Shown: one piece after another, positions 1 through 8,671 of the stretch
How positions within the stretch are numbered: the stretch's first letter is position 1
Layout: each line of letters starts with the position of its first letter
Assembly: GCA_016218805.1 (NCBI GenBank)
Contig: JACRCW010000080.1
Span: forward strand, 124,001-155,054
Reading direction: 5' to 3'
Source of the DNA: Deltaproteobacteria bacterium
GTDB taxonomy: Bacteria; Myxococcota; JACRCW01
DNA: 31,054 nucleotides
Position numbers and translations under genes: made by a program
The notes under the pieces: model-generated
Told to the model about the DNA's origin: nothing
Database searches by the model: none
The model's input: only the letters and a program-made list of their open reading frames with translations

Positions 1-528
1 CGCCGCCGTGAGCGACGCGCGGAAGGCCTCGCCCAGCGCGCGGGCCATCAGCTCCGGGTACAGCCCGCGCGGGTAGGTCACCGCCAGGCGCGCGCTGGTC
101 TTGTCCCCGTCAGGCACCAGCGTGGTCCCGCGCCGGAACGTGCCCCAGCGGCGGGCGCCGCCCATCAGCACCAGGCTGGGAGACAGCACAAACATGAGCA
201 TCCGGTACACCGGTGACGAGAACACCTTCATGGCCAGGTCAAAGTTCCACGTCAGGAACGCCTGGTCCGTGGTGAGCGCCACGTCCCGCACCATCAGCCG
301 CAGCGCGGTGCCCATCACGTCCGGGATCCACTCCTCTGACGTCACCGCGCGCTGGATGCGCTCCCTGATGGCGGGCTCCACGCCGCGTTCCAGCAACTGC
401 GGGAAGTCCAGCACGGCCATGCGCCCCGTCTCGGCCCGCGCCTGGCACTCCGGGTAGCTGTTCCACCCGTCTGGCAGTGAGCGCAGGTAGGCCGATGCGC
501 GCGGAAAGCGTTCCGGATCCAACGTCAC
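1..528 (-). CDS. Hypothetical protein, 3' end outside the window; possibly related to myxobacterial DUF2378/TIGR02265-like proteins
   Basis: Not in the ORF track because it runs off the edge. Manual translation from GTG 528 with AGGAG just upstream gives MTLDPERFPRASAYLRSLPDGWNSYPEC...EEWIPDV...VFSSPVYRMLMFVLSPSLVLMGGARRWGTFRRGT..., open to position 1 with GC-rich third positions. The family assignment is a tentative recollection. Confidence 0.75.
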   Translation of the reverse strand, partial: MTLDPERFPRASAYLRSLPDGWNSYPECQARAETGRMAVLDFPQLLERGVEPAIRERIQRAVTSEEWIPDVMGTALRLMVRDVALTTDQAFLTWNFDLAMKVFSSPVYRMLMFVLSPSLVLMGGARRWGTFRRGTTLVPDGDKTSARLAVTYPRGLYPELMARALGEAFRASLTAA

Positions 529-633
529 GGTGTACTCCTGGCGTGAGGTCCCCGACGTCACGACTACCACGCGCGGGGGCGCCCCGCACCACCGGTTGAC
601 GCCCACAGGCGCCGCCGCGGATAGCTGCCCGCC

Positions 634-1476
634 ATGCTGCCTCCCGCTGACTTGATGGAGACCTGCGCGGAACTCGCGGCCGGCGCGGGGCGCATCCTGG
701 CCGAGCTGTTCATGCAGCCGCGCACGGTGCACGAAAAGGCGCACAACGACCTGGTCACCGATGCGGACCGCGCCAGTGAAAGCTGGCTGCTGGCCCAGGT
801 GCGCCGCCGCCACCCGGACCATGCACAGCTCGTTGAGGAATCCGGGGCGTTTGACCTGGCTGGCGCGCCGTACACCTGGGTGATGGACCCGCTGGACGGG
901 ACCACCAACTACGCGCACGGTTTCCCGCACTTCAATGTGAGCGTGGCGGTGTGCACGCCGGATGCGCTGCCGGTGGCGGGCGCCGTGGCGGACCCCATGC
1001 GGGATGAATTGTTCGTCGCGGCGCGCGGCGCGGGTGCGTGGCTGCGCACCCCGGGGGGAGCGCGGCGCCTGTCTGTGACGTCATGCGCCGCGGTGTCCAC
1101 CGCGCTGCTGGCCACGGGCTTTCCGTATGACCGCGCGCGTGAACCGGACAACAACCACGCCGAGCACGACGCCATGAGCTGCGCCTCCCACGGCGTGCGC
1201 CGCGCGGGCGCGGCCGCGCTGGATCTCGCGTACGTCGCGGCGGGCCGGCTGGATGGCTACTGGGAGGCCCACCTCAAGCGCTGGGACCTGGCGGCGGGGG
1301 CGCTGTTGGTGTTGGAGGCCGGCGGGGTGGTCACGGGCTATGACGGCCGCCCGTTTGACGGGAAGATGTCCGCCGTCGTCACGGCGGGGCCGCGGGTGCA
1401 CGCGGACCTGCTGGCCGGGATTGCGGACGTGCGGCGCGCGCGCGGCCTGCCCGCGGCCCCGGCCCGCTCCGCCTGA
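634..1476 (+). CDS. suhB: Inositol monophosphatase family protein (SuhB-like)
   Basis: Motifs DLVTDAD, LVEESG, WVMDPLDGTTNYAHG, ATGFPYDR, RRAGAAALDLAYVAAGRLDGYWE, WDLAAG. Confidence 0.93.
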   Translation: MLPPADLMETCAELAAGAGRILAELFMQPRTVHEKAHNDLVTDADRASESWLLAQVRRRHPDHAQLVEESGAFDLAGAPYTWVMDPLDGTTNYAHGFPHFNVSVAVCTPDALPVAGAVADPMRDELFVAARGAGAWLRTPGGARRLSVTSCAAVSTALLATGFPYDRAREPDNNHAEHDAMSCASHGVRRAGAAALDLAYVAAGRLDGYWEAHLKRWDLAAGALLVLEAGGVVTGYDGRPFDGKMSAVVTAGPRVHADLLAGIADVRRARGLPAAPARSA

Positions 1477-1483
1477 GCGTTCC

Positions 1484-1843
1484 TCAGGCCGCAAACGGCG
1501 CGCCCGCCACCACGACCTCAAAGGCCAGGCCCTGTTCGCGCACGCCGGCGCCCAGGCGGCGCAGCGTGGAGGCGGTACGCGGGTCCGGCGCCTGCGCCAG
1601 TTCCAGCCGGATCACCACGTCCTTGCCCTCCGCGCCCGGGTACAGCTCTGACATCCGCCCATCCAGCGCAAACCCCAGGTACGCGTTGAGCTTGGCCTGC
1701 AGCCGCTTGAGGCGGACCACGCTGCCGTCCCACGGCCCGTCCTCCACCACCACCAGGCGGTACAGGTCCGCGGCCTGGTCAAAGGCCACCACGTCAATGT
1801 GACCGGGGTTGTCAATGCCCATGCCGGCGTGTGGGGGAGCCAT
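1484..1843 (-). CDS. DUF6572-like hypothetical protein
   Basis: GIDNPGHIDVV...W...LQAKLNAYLGFALDGRMSELYP...VVIRL resembles the DUF6572 pattern as I recall it. ATG 1843 has GGAGA upstream; alternative start 1822. Confidence 0.7.
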   Translation of the reverse strand: MAPPHAGMGIDNPGHIDVVAFDQAADLYRLVVVEDGPWDGSVVRLKRLQAKLNAYLGFALDGRMSELYPGAEGKDVVIRLELAQAPDPRTASTLRRLGAGVREQGLAFEVVVAGAPFAA

Positions 1844-1947
1844 GTGGGCCCAACTTCTCCGGCCCCCACGCGGCGCGTCAACACCAGCCGCCGCCCCGTT
1901 TTTCCCCCTCCGCGCCCCCCGTGTGTTACGTTCGTGTGGAGACACAC

Positions 1948-2334
1948 ATGATCTCCCCGGTGCTGTTGACCCTGGCCCTGTCCGCCGCCGCGCCCGACGC
2001 TGCGCTGCACCCCGCGGCGCCCGCGATCACCGCGCCGGCGCCGGTGCGCCGGACCCTGCCGTCCGAGGTTCGCTGGTTGGTATCTCAGACCACACGCGCG
2101 TGGTTCAGCCTGGCGTTGGCGGGGTTTGCGCTGGCGGGGTCGCTGCTGGCGGGGTCCGGCGGCCTGCTGGTGGGCGCCGTGGGGTCACGCTTCACGCGCC
2201 AGGAAACGGTGGCCACGGACGTGCTGCTGGGGCTGGCGGGGCTCAGCGCGGTGGGGTCGGTGCTGAGCCTGTTGGGTGCCCTGGCGGCCACTGCGCTGGG
2301 GACGGGCTGGTTCATCACGGACCTGTTCAACTGA
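1948..2334 (+). CDS. Small membrane protein: signal peptide, Pro/Ala linker, two Gly/Ala-rich hydrophobic helices
   Basis: GGAG then ATG 1948; MISPVLLTLALSAAAP signal; helices FSLALAGFALAGSLLAGSGGLLVGAVG and VLLGLAGLSAVGSVLSLLGALAATALGTGW. Confidence 0.7.
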   Translation: MISPVLLTLALSAAAPDAALHPAAPAITAPAPVRRTLPSEVRWLVSQTTRAWFSLALAGFALAGSLLAGSGGLLVGAVGSRFTRQETVATDVLLGLAGLSAVGSVLSLLGALAATALGTGWFITDLFN

Positions 2335-2368
2335 CGCAAACGCGGGGGAACCTCAGGGGTACGCCTTG

Positions 2369-2725
2369 GTGTTCTGGTGGCTTTACGGCGCGGCGCGCGG
2401 CGGCATTCTCGGGTTGCTGGTGGGCGTGACCTTCTCCGTCTTGGACCGCAACCATCACCTGTTCTCCACCAAGATTGAACTGGCGCTTGCGGTGGGTGCG
2501 CTGGTGGGCCTGCTGGTTGGCAAGCCGTTCTGGCTGGGGAACCGGACCCGCGGGCTGCTGAAGGCCATCGTCGGCGCGGTGGTGTGCACGGTGCTCGTCG
2601 CCCTCATGTACGGGCTGGAACCGTCGGGCTCGTGGTCCACGCGCTGGACCTCGCACTACCTGCCGCTGTCCCTCATCCTGGGCGCGCTGTGGGGCGGCGT
2701 GGTGGCCGCGGACGAACACGCCTGA
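2369..2725 (+). CDS. Small integral membrane protein (about 4 TM helices)
   Basis: Hydrophobic segments GILGLLVGVTF, LALAVGALVGLLVGKPFW, LLKAIVGAVVCTVLVALMY, LSLILGALWGGVVA. Start uncertain (TTG 2366 or GTG 2369). Confidence 0.7.
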   Translation: MFWWLYGAARGGILGLLVGVTFSVLDRNHHLFSTKIELALAVGALVGLLVGKPFWLGNRTRGLLKAIVGAVVCTVLVALMYGLEPSGSWSTRWTSHYLPLSLILGALWGGVVAADEHA

Positions 2726-2731
2726 CCCGCA

Positions 2732-4696
2732 TCACGCCAGCAGCGCCAGGAACTCGTCCTCGGTGAGGATGCGCACCGGTGCTCCGGCCGCGGCCAGCTT
2801 GCGGGCGCTCTTGAGCTTGGTGGATTCGCCGCCGTCCTTCTCCACGCCCACCACCAGGTAGTCCAGTTCCTTGGTCACGCCCGACGGCGTCCGCCCGCCC
2901 AGCGCCACCACGCGTTTCTGCGCCTCCTTGCGGTCCAGCCGGGCCAGCGTGCCCGTGAACACCACGCTCCTGCCGGACAGCGCGTGCCCCGTCACCACCG
3001 CGCGCGACGGTGCCTCCAGCGTGACGTGGGTGAGCAGCGCGTCAATGAGCACCGCGCGGGCCTGCAGGCCGTGCACCACGCTGTGAGCAATGGACGGGCC
3101 CACGCCGTGCACGGAGGCCAGCGCGGCCTCGTCCGCGCCGCGCAGCGCATCCAAAGACGGGAAATGGTGCGTGAGGGTCTCCGCCACCGTGGGCCCCAGC
3201 TCGTCAATCCCCAGCGCCGCCAGGAACACCGCCAGGGGCAGCCGCCGCCGCGCCTCAATGTTGCCCACCAGCTTGTGCGCCAGCGTGTCACCCATGCGGT
3301 CCAGCGCGGCCAGTTGTTCCGCCTTGAGCGCGTACAGGTCTGCCGGCGTGCGTATGAGGGCCGCGTCAAACAGCGCCTTGAGCACCTTGGGGCCCAACCC
3401 CTGGATGTCCACCGTTGCCGTGAAGTGCTTCACCGTGCCCACCAGCGCGTCCGGGCACGCTTCCGGCCGCGCGCACGCCAGGAAGTCCCCGTCCAGCGCC
3501 ACCGGCCCCCCGCACGACGGGCACTGCGTAGGAAGCGCAAAAGGCTCCCCGCCCGCCTCCACCACGCCCTCCACGTGCGGGATGACGTCACCGCGGCGCA
3601 TGACCAGCAGCGTGGCCCCGCGCGCCAGGCCCAGCTTCTTGAGGTACCCCGCGTGGTGCAGTGACGCGCGGCTCACCGTCACGCCGGACAGCGGCGTGGG
3701 TTCAATGTTGGCCACCGGCGTGAGCGTACCGGTGCGGGACACGCCCCAGGTCACGTCCAGCAGCCTGGCGCGGGCCGTCTCACCGGCGAACTTGTAGGCC
3801 AGCGCCCAACGCGGGTGATGGTTGGTCTCGCCCAGGCGGTCCTGTTCACTCACGCGGTCCGCGCGGAACACCACGCCGTCCGCCTCAAAGTCCCACGCGT
3901 CCCGCAAGGCCGCCATCCGGACGTAGGCCGCCGCCGCCGCCGCGGGGGCCACCACCTCATGCTGCATGACGTCAAACCCGGCCTGTGCCAGCACGGCCAT
4001 CTTCTCGGACTCGGTGGCCTGTCCCCCGCCGCGCAGGTCATACGCAAAGAAGCTCAGACCGTATTCCGCGCACCGCGCGGGGTCCTTCTGCTTGATGGCG
4101 CCCGCCGTCAGGTTGCGCGGGTTGGCAAATTGCGCCGCCCAGCGCGCCTTGAACACGCTGCGCTTCATGTGGATTTCGCCGCGCACCTCCACGTTGTGCA
4201 GCGTGACCTGCGCGGGCACCAGACCCGCGCGGCGCACGTTGGCCGTCACGTCGTCACCGCGCTCGCCGTCCCCGCGCGTGGCCGCCAGGTGCAGCCGCCC
4301 GGCGGCGTTGTAGTGGATGGCGCAGGCCACGCCGTCCACCTTGGGCATCATGAGCAGGTCACCCTGGATCTTGGCCATCCATTGCTGCAACTCGTCGTCG
4401 GTGTACGCCTTGTCCAACGACAGCATGGGCTCCCGGTGCACCACCTCCGTGCCCAGGCGCGCCACTTCGTCCGCCCCCGGCGCCGCGGGCGGCGCCCTGC
4501 TGGACGGCCCCAGCTCGTGCAGCACGGGAGCCTGCGGCCACAGCGCGGTCAGCTCGCGCACCAACAGGTCGTAGTCCGTGTCGCTGATCTCGGGCGCGGC
4601 CTGGTCCCAGTACAGCCGGTTGTGGTGCCGGACCTGCCGCTCCAACTCCTCCGCGCGCGCGTTGGGCGGCGTCGGGAACAGACTGGGCTGCGTCAT
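2732..4696 (-). CDS. ligA: NAD-dependent DNA ligase
   Basis: HNRLYWDQAAPEISDTDYD, HREPMLSLDKAY, KVDG adenylation motif, TRGDG, EVRGE, FANPRN, DGVV, PRWALAYKF, RTGTLTPVA, GDVIP, CPSC...C zinc finger, HhH repeats, BRCT (VVFTGTL). Confidence 0.98.
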   Translation of the reverse strand: MTQPSLFPTPPNARAEELERQVRHHNRLYWDQAAPEISDTDYDLLVRELTALWPQAPVLHELGPSSRAPPAAPGADEVARLGTEVVHREPMLSLDKAYTDDELQQWMAKIQGDLLMMPKVDGVACAIHYNAAGRLHLAATRGDGERGDDVTANVRRAGLVPAQVTLHNVEVRGEIHMKRSVFKARWAAQFANPRNLTAGAIKQKDPARCAEYGLSFFAYDLRGGGQATESEKMAVLAQAGFDVMQHEVVAPAAAAAAYVRMAALRDAWDFEADGVVFRADRVSEQDRLGETNHHPRWALAYKFAGETARARLLDVTWGVSRTGTLTPVANIEPTPLSGVTVSRASLHHAGYLKKLGLARGATLLVMRRGDVIPHVEGVVEAGGEPFALPTQCPSCGGPVALDGDFLACARPEACPDALVGTVKHFTATVDIQGLGPKVLKALFDAALIRTPADLYALKAEQLAALDRMGDTLAHKLVGNIEARRRLPLAVFLAALGIDELGPTVAETLTHHFPSLDALRGADEAALASVHGVGPSIAHSVVHGLQARAVLIDALLTHVTLEAPSRAVVTGHALSGRSVVFTGTLARLDRKEAQKRVVALGGRTPSGVTKELDYLVVGVEKDGGESTKLKSARKLAAAGAPVRILTEDEFLALLA

Positions 4697-4703
4697 GGAC
4701 GCC

Positions 4704-5792
4704 TCAGGCTGCGGCGGGCGCCGCCATCCGGTTCTTCTGAATCAGGCGAATCATCACAATGAGCGCGCCCACCGCCACCAGCACGGAGGTGAACTGCCCC
4801 ACGGAGAGCACGCGGTCAATGATGTAGCCGCGCTCCGCGTCACCGCGCCAGAACTCCAGGGAGGCGCGCAGCAGCGGATAGAGCAGGAAGTAGGTGGCCG
4901 CCACCTGGCCATGGAACACCTTGCGGCTGCGCACCCACAGCAGCACGCCAAAGATGAGCGTCTCCCCAAAGGCCTCCATCCACTGCGTGGGATACAGCGG
5001 CAGCGTGTGCCCGCCGCGGATCATCAGGTCCCGCACCTCCAGCGGCACGGTCTGCAGCAGGCTGCCGTACGCCAGGCTGTCCTTGGGGAACTGCGCACCA
5101 AACGGGAAATCCACCACGAGGGTGCCCGCGTCAAAATGGAATGCGGCGTCACCCCAGCAGCAGCCGGCGGCAAAGCACCCCATCCGCCCCAACGCGTGGC
5201 CCAGCGGCAGGCTGGGGATGAGGATGTCCGCAAACCGCCCAACGGGCAGCCCGCGCTTGCGCGCGAACCAGAAGAACGTGGCCACCGCGGCAATGGCGCC
5301 GCCGTAGAACACCAGGCCGCCCTGCCAGACCGCCAGCACCGCGGGAATCTCAAACGGCAGGGCCTCCACCTTCACCCACGGCTTGGTGACAAAGTACTCC
5401 TTCCAGTTGACGGCAATGAAGTACACGCGCGCGCCCACCATGCCGGACAGCAGCGCCCAGAAGCCCATGTCCAGCACGGCCTCCTCGTCAAAGCCCGTGC
5501 GGCGCGCTTCGCGCACGCCCAGGCCAATGCCGATGATGAACGCCAGTGCGATGAGCACGCCGTAGGTGTGCAGCGGCCAGGGGCTGGAGGACTTGGCGGC
5601 CAGCTCCGCCACGGCGAGCACCACGACGGTGGGGAGAATGGCACCGTTGACGGCGTGGTTGCTGTCCTCACCGCGCGCCCGGCCCTGCCGGAAGCTGATG
5701 AAGAACGCCAGCCCCGCCAGGATGAAGATGACCGGCTGCGCCAGGTACGGCGCAAGCTTCTGGACCGGGATGTTGAAGAGCACCGGGTGCAT
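4704..5792 (-). CDS. lgt: Prolipoprotein diacylglyceryl transferase
   Basis: ATG 5792 with GAGGA upstream; MHPVLF, LHTYG, GARVYF, WQGGLVFYGG, GRMGCFAAGCCWG, YPTQWMEA, RASLEFWRGD, SVGQFTS. Only 7 nt separate it from ligA. Confidence 0.95.
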   Translation of the reverse strand: MHPVLFNIPVQKLAPYLAQPVIFILAGLAFFISFRQGRARGEDSNHAVNGAILPTVVVLAVAELAAKSSSPWPLHTYGVLIALAFIIGIGLGVREARRTGFDEEAVLDMGFWALLSGMVGARVYFIAVNWKEYFVTKPWVKVEALPFEIPAVLAVWQGGLVFYGGAIAAVATFFWFARKRGLPVGRFADILIPSLPLGHALGRMGCFAAGCCWGDAAFHFDAGTLVVDFPFGAQFPKDSLAYGSLLQTVPLEVRDLMIRGGHTLPLYPTQWMEAFGETLIFGVLLWVRSRKVFHGQVAATYFLLYPLLRASLEFWRGDAERGYIIDRVLSVGQFTSVLVAVGALIVMIRLIQKNRMAAPAAA

Positions 5793-5985
5793 CGTTTGTC
5801 CTCGGAGAAGGCGGCGGGGGCGCCGCAGGGCGCGCAACATAGCCACGGCCCGGTGGCTGCGCACAAGCCCGCCGGCGTGGCACTCTGCCCCGCGGCGCCT
5901 CCGCGGCGCAGCGCCCTTACCAACCCGCCCATACGCGTAATGGTCGCGGCGCGTTGGTCGGGTCACCCTCACATCCGTGACGCTG

Positions 5986-6160
5986 ATGCCGCCGCGCACC
6001 CTGGTGGTCCTGGCCATCCTGGGCCCTGTACCGGCCCCACCGCCCCCGCCCGCGCGGCGGTGCACCGGAACCGCCCGTCCGTGGCGGCCGCTGACCTGCC
6101 AGCGTGCCTGGTGCCCACCGAGCCCGCGCACAGGGTGGTGCGACGAGGCGAGCTCGGGTT
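5986..6160 (+). pseudogene. Possible frameshifted and truncated lipoprotein 5' remnant
   Basis: MPPRTLVVLAILG then, after a 1-nt shift (ggc cc tgt), CTGPTAPARAAVHR..., which would restore an ILG-x-C lipobox. It ends where the compositionally distinct gene at 6160 begins. Confidence 0.25.
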
Positions 6161-6723
6161 CATTTCGACTTCATGATGTGGCTCGCCTTGATCTCTGCTC
6201 TTCCGCTTTTGAGAAGCATGAGCGCCTGGGGGCCGATGTAGATCTCGCCCATCACATCGTGAATGACACAGTGTTTCTTTACTTCTGAGACCGCGCGGTC
6301 GAATGCCGTCTTCACGTCCCTTGTTGCCTTTTCCCACTGATCGTTTTCTGGGTTCCGATAGGTGGCTTGGTACGAAATCCGCCCAGGCAGGAGCCGCAGT
6401 ACGCCATCAACCACGTTGTCGCGCGCGAGCAGACACTGCAGAAGCGGCCCCTGCGTGAGCGGGTCTATTGAGTACTTCCCAGCCGCCGGACCTGATTTGA
6501 GCTGCGTAAAGCCCACCGGGAAACGTGTGAATTCGCCCGACAGATAGAACGACGGGGCTTGTCTCAGTACGGCCACCAACTCATCACTGACCCCATCAAA
6601 CGCCGGCGCATGCGGCTCGTGGAACAAGGCCGGTTGAGCGAGGACCGTGAGCACGCCAGCACAGAAACCGCGGGTCATGGAAATCGACTCATCAAACGTA
6701 GCGAAGTAGTCAAACCATCTCAT
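6160..6723 (-). CDS. Hypothetical protein, possibly an orphan immunity-type protein
   Basis: 187-aa globular-looking ORF in visibly lower-GC sequence with motifs LLPGRISY...W...FDRAVSEVKK...IYIGPQAL...G; 26 nt downstream of the ankyrin gene. Confidence 0.7.
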   Translation of the reverse strand: MRWFDYFATFDESISMTRGFCAGVLTVLAQPALFHEPHAPAFDGVSDELVAVLRQAPSFYLSGEFTRFPVGFTQLKSGPAAGKYSIDPLTQGPLLQCLLARDNVVDGVLRLLPGRISYQATYRNPENDQWEKATRDVKTAFDRAVSEVKKHCVIHDVMGEIYIGPQALMLLKSGRAEIKASHIMKSK

Positions 6724-6749
6724 TCCGCAGGCACCCTTGGTGTGTCCGT

Positions 6750-7259
6750 TCAGTATCTGGCGAAGAGGTCCAGCAAGAAGGCGTTGTCACCGTGGGCGAT
6801 GACCTTGACGTAGTCCTCGACGGAAATCCCCTTCGTGGCTGGAATGCGTTTGTCCGCCCCACGGCGCAGGAGAAGCTCGGTGGCCTCGGCATTGATGGGC
6901 TTCTTGAGGAGCGTGAGGCGAAGCGGCGTGAAGCCTTCGTCGTTCACGGGATCCACCAACGCCCCAGCGTCCAGCAGTACCTCCATGGCGCCCACCCACC
7001 TGCCGCGAGCGGCCAGATGCAGTGCTGTCCAGCCGTGGCGGTCCTTCGCGTTCACGTCGACGCCCAGGCCGATCAGGTGCTGGACCATGGATGGAGCGGG
7101 CGCAAGAACGACCGAGATGAGTGCGCGGTGGAGCAAGGTCCAACGATCCGCATTGGCGCTCGACAGGGGATCGAACCCCTCGAGGACAACTTGGTCGAAC
7201 GCGGCGACATCGCCATCAAGAACGGCGCGCAGCGCCCGCCTTTCCAAGCCCGGCCTCAT
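6750..7259 (-). CDS. Ankyrin repeat protein
   Basis: Repeats DRWTLLHRA, VNAKDRHGWTALHLAA...LLDAGA, VNDEGFTPLRLTL...LLLRRGAD. Confidence 0.92.
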   Translation of the reverse strand: MRPGLERRALRAVLDGDVAAFDQVVLEGFDPLSSANADRWTLLHRALISVVLAPAPSMVQHLIGLGVDVNAKDRHGWTALHLAARGRWVGAMEVLLDAGALVDPVNDEGFTPLRLTLLKKPINAEATELLLRRGADKRIPATKGISVEDYVKVIAHGDNAFLLDLFARY

Positions 7260-7297
7260 GCGGCGAGAGGCTAACTTCCGTCCCCGTTCTCATACAA
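7260..7297 (-). promoter_or_regulatory. Putative sigma70-type promoter, likely leaderless
   Basis: TTGTAT (7297-7292), 18-nt spacer, TAGCCT (7273-7268), 8 nt before ATG 7259; no Shine-Dalgarno. Confidence 0.45.
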
Positions 7298-7408
7298 CGC
7301 GCCTCGGCAAAGTTGGTGCCCCGTGCCCTGGGCAGCCGAGCGCGTTTCGAGGGTTGCGCGTCGGCGGTGGACGCCATTACCGGTGCCCGGCGCTGTTCGA
7401 GGTGTGAG

Positions 7409-8671
7409 ATGAGCATGAAGCGAGCCCTCGTTGCGTTGGGGCTGACGTTGGGCGGCTGCACCCATCCGCGGGCCCCCCTGGACGGTGGCGCGTCACCCGG
7501 CAGCGTTGACGCCGGCGCCGTTGACGGCGGCTGCATGGATGATTCGGCCTGCGGTGGGGATTCCTCGTGCCACGTGGCGTCGGGCGTCTGCCAGCCGCTT
7601 GGCTGCGTGTCCGCCGGATGTGGCCCGGGTGAGCGCTGTGACTTCGACACGCGCACCTGCGTGCCCACCCTGCCCGGCCCGCATCGCCGCTACCGGCCCG
7701 AAACGGTCGCCGGGCACGCCGTCAATTCTGCGTTCGCCACGCGGGACGCGGTGGGACGCGGCGCGTTCGGGGAGTTTGAGCTCCTTGTGGCCTCGCGCAA
7801 CGGGCGCTACCTGTACATCGTCGATTCCGCGGTGGTGCTGCGCGCCGAAACCACCACCGGCTGGGTCGAGACCCTCTCGGGGATCGGTTGGCCCGGTGAG
7901 GTGGATGGGCCCGCCGGCGTGGCCCAGTTCGAGACCAACTTCTACCAGAACGGGGGCGTTGGCCTGACTCCAGACCAGACGTCGTTCATCTTCACGTCGC
8001 CATTTGCCATCCGCAAGGTGGATGTCCAGACGGGCGACGCCATCACCATCCCCAACCCCGGCCCGCAGGTTCCGCGCGCCCTCGCCGTGGGCCGCGCCAC
8101 GGGCAACCTCTACGTGACCGACTTTGGGCCCACCCGCATGGACGTCATCCACCCCGACGGCCAGGTCGAGACCCGGCCGCTGCAATCGGCCGGCGGGACC
8201 ATCGGTTACATCGTCGTCGACGAGACGCGCGGCGTGGCCTACGGGCTCGACCGCAACCGCCAGTCGGGGGCGTTCTACCGCTGGTCACTTGCAGGCGGTG
8301 CGGTGGAATGGCTCAACCACGACGCCACCGGTGGCCGCGATCCCGACCAGTACCTCTCCGACGGGCCCGTGGCCGGCCTGGAGATGGCCAACCCCGGCGG
8401 CATGGCGATCGACGGCGACGGCTTCGTTTACATCGGTGCGGGCGATGGCAACACCTTCCGCCGCTTCGATCCCGACGTGGAGATCGTCGAGAGCCTCTGC
8501 CGTGTTCCCGCGGATGCGGGGGAGGAACTGCTGGAGTGGTGCATTGGGGATGGCACGCGAAACCGGCTCTTTGGTACCTGGCCCCAGATGCTCGCCTTCG
8601 ACGACTCCGGCAACGGGTATTTCGGCTACACGGTGTGGCCCCGGCTGGTGCGGCTCAGGAGGCTCCAATGA
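7409..8671 (+). CDS. Lipoprotein with N-terminal Cys-rich region and NHL-type beta-propeller
   Basis: GAGGTG then ATG 7409 or 7415; lipobox LGGC; CMDDSAC...C...GVC...C; NHL-like VETLSGIGWPGEVDGPAGVAQF and SDGPVAGLEMANPGGMAIDGDGFVYIG. Confidence 0.85.
   Translation: MSMKRALVALGLTLGGCTHPRAPLDGGASPGSVDAGAVDGGCMDDSACGGDSSCHVASGVCQPLGCVSAGCGPGERCDFDTRTCVPTLPGPHRRYRPETVAGHAVNSAFATRDAVGRGAFGEFELLVASRNGRYLYIVDSAVVLRAETTTGWVETLSGIGWPGEVDGPAGVAQFETNFYQNGGVGLTPDQTSFIFTSPFAIRKVDVQTGDAITIPNPGPQVPRALAVGRATGNLYVTDFGPTRMDVIHPDGQVETRPLQSAGGTIGYIVVDETRGVAYGLDRNRQSGAFYRWSLAGGAVEWLNHDATGGRDPDQYLSDGPVAGLEMANPGGMAIDGDGFVYIGAGDGNTFRRFDPDVEIVESLCRVPADAGEELLEWCIGDGTRNRLFGTWPQMLAFDDSGNGYFGYTVWPRLVRLRRLQ

Noticed and set aside
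4330..4355. LigA motif I reads MPKVDG rather than E-x-K-x-D-G
   Set aside because: The catalytic Lys and Asp and all other motifs are intact; likely a tolerated variant, not a sign of inactivation.
2984..6176. Plus-strand ORFs over ligA and lgt, and the extended lgt start at 6131
   Set aside because: Shadow frames. The lgt extension is Arg/Gly-rich junk, while ATG 5792 has an SD and the MHPVLF family start.
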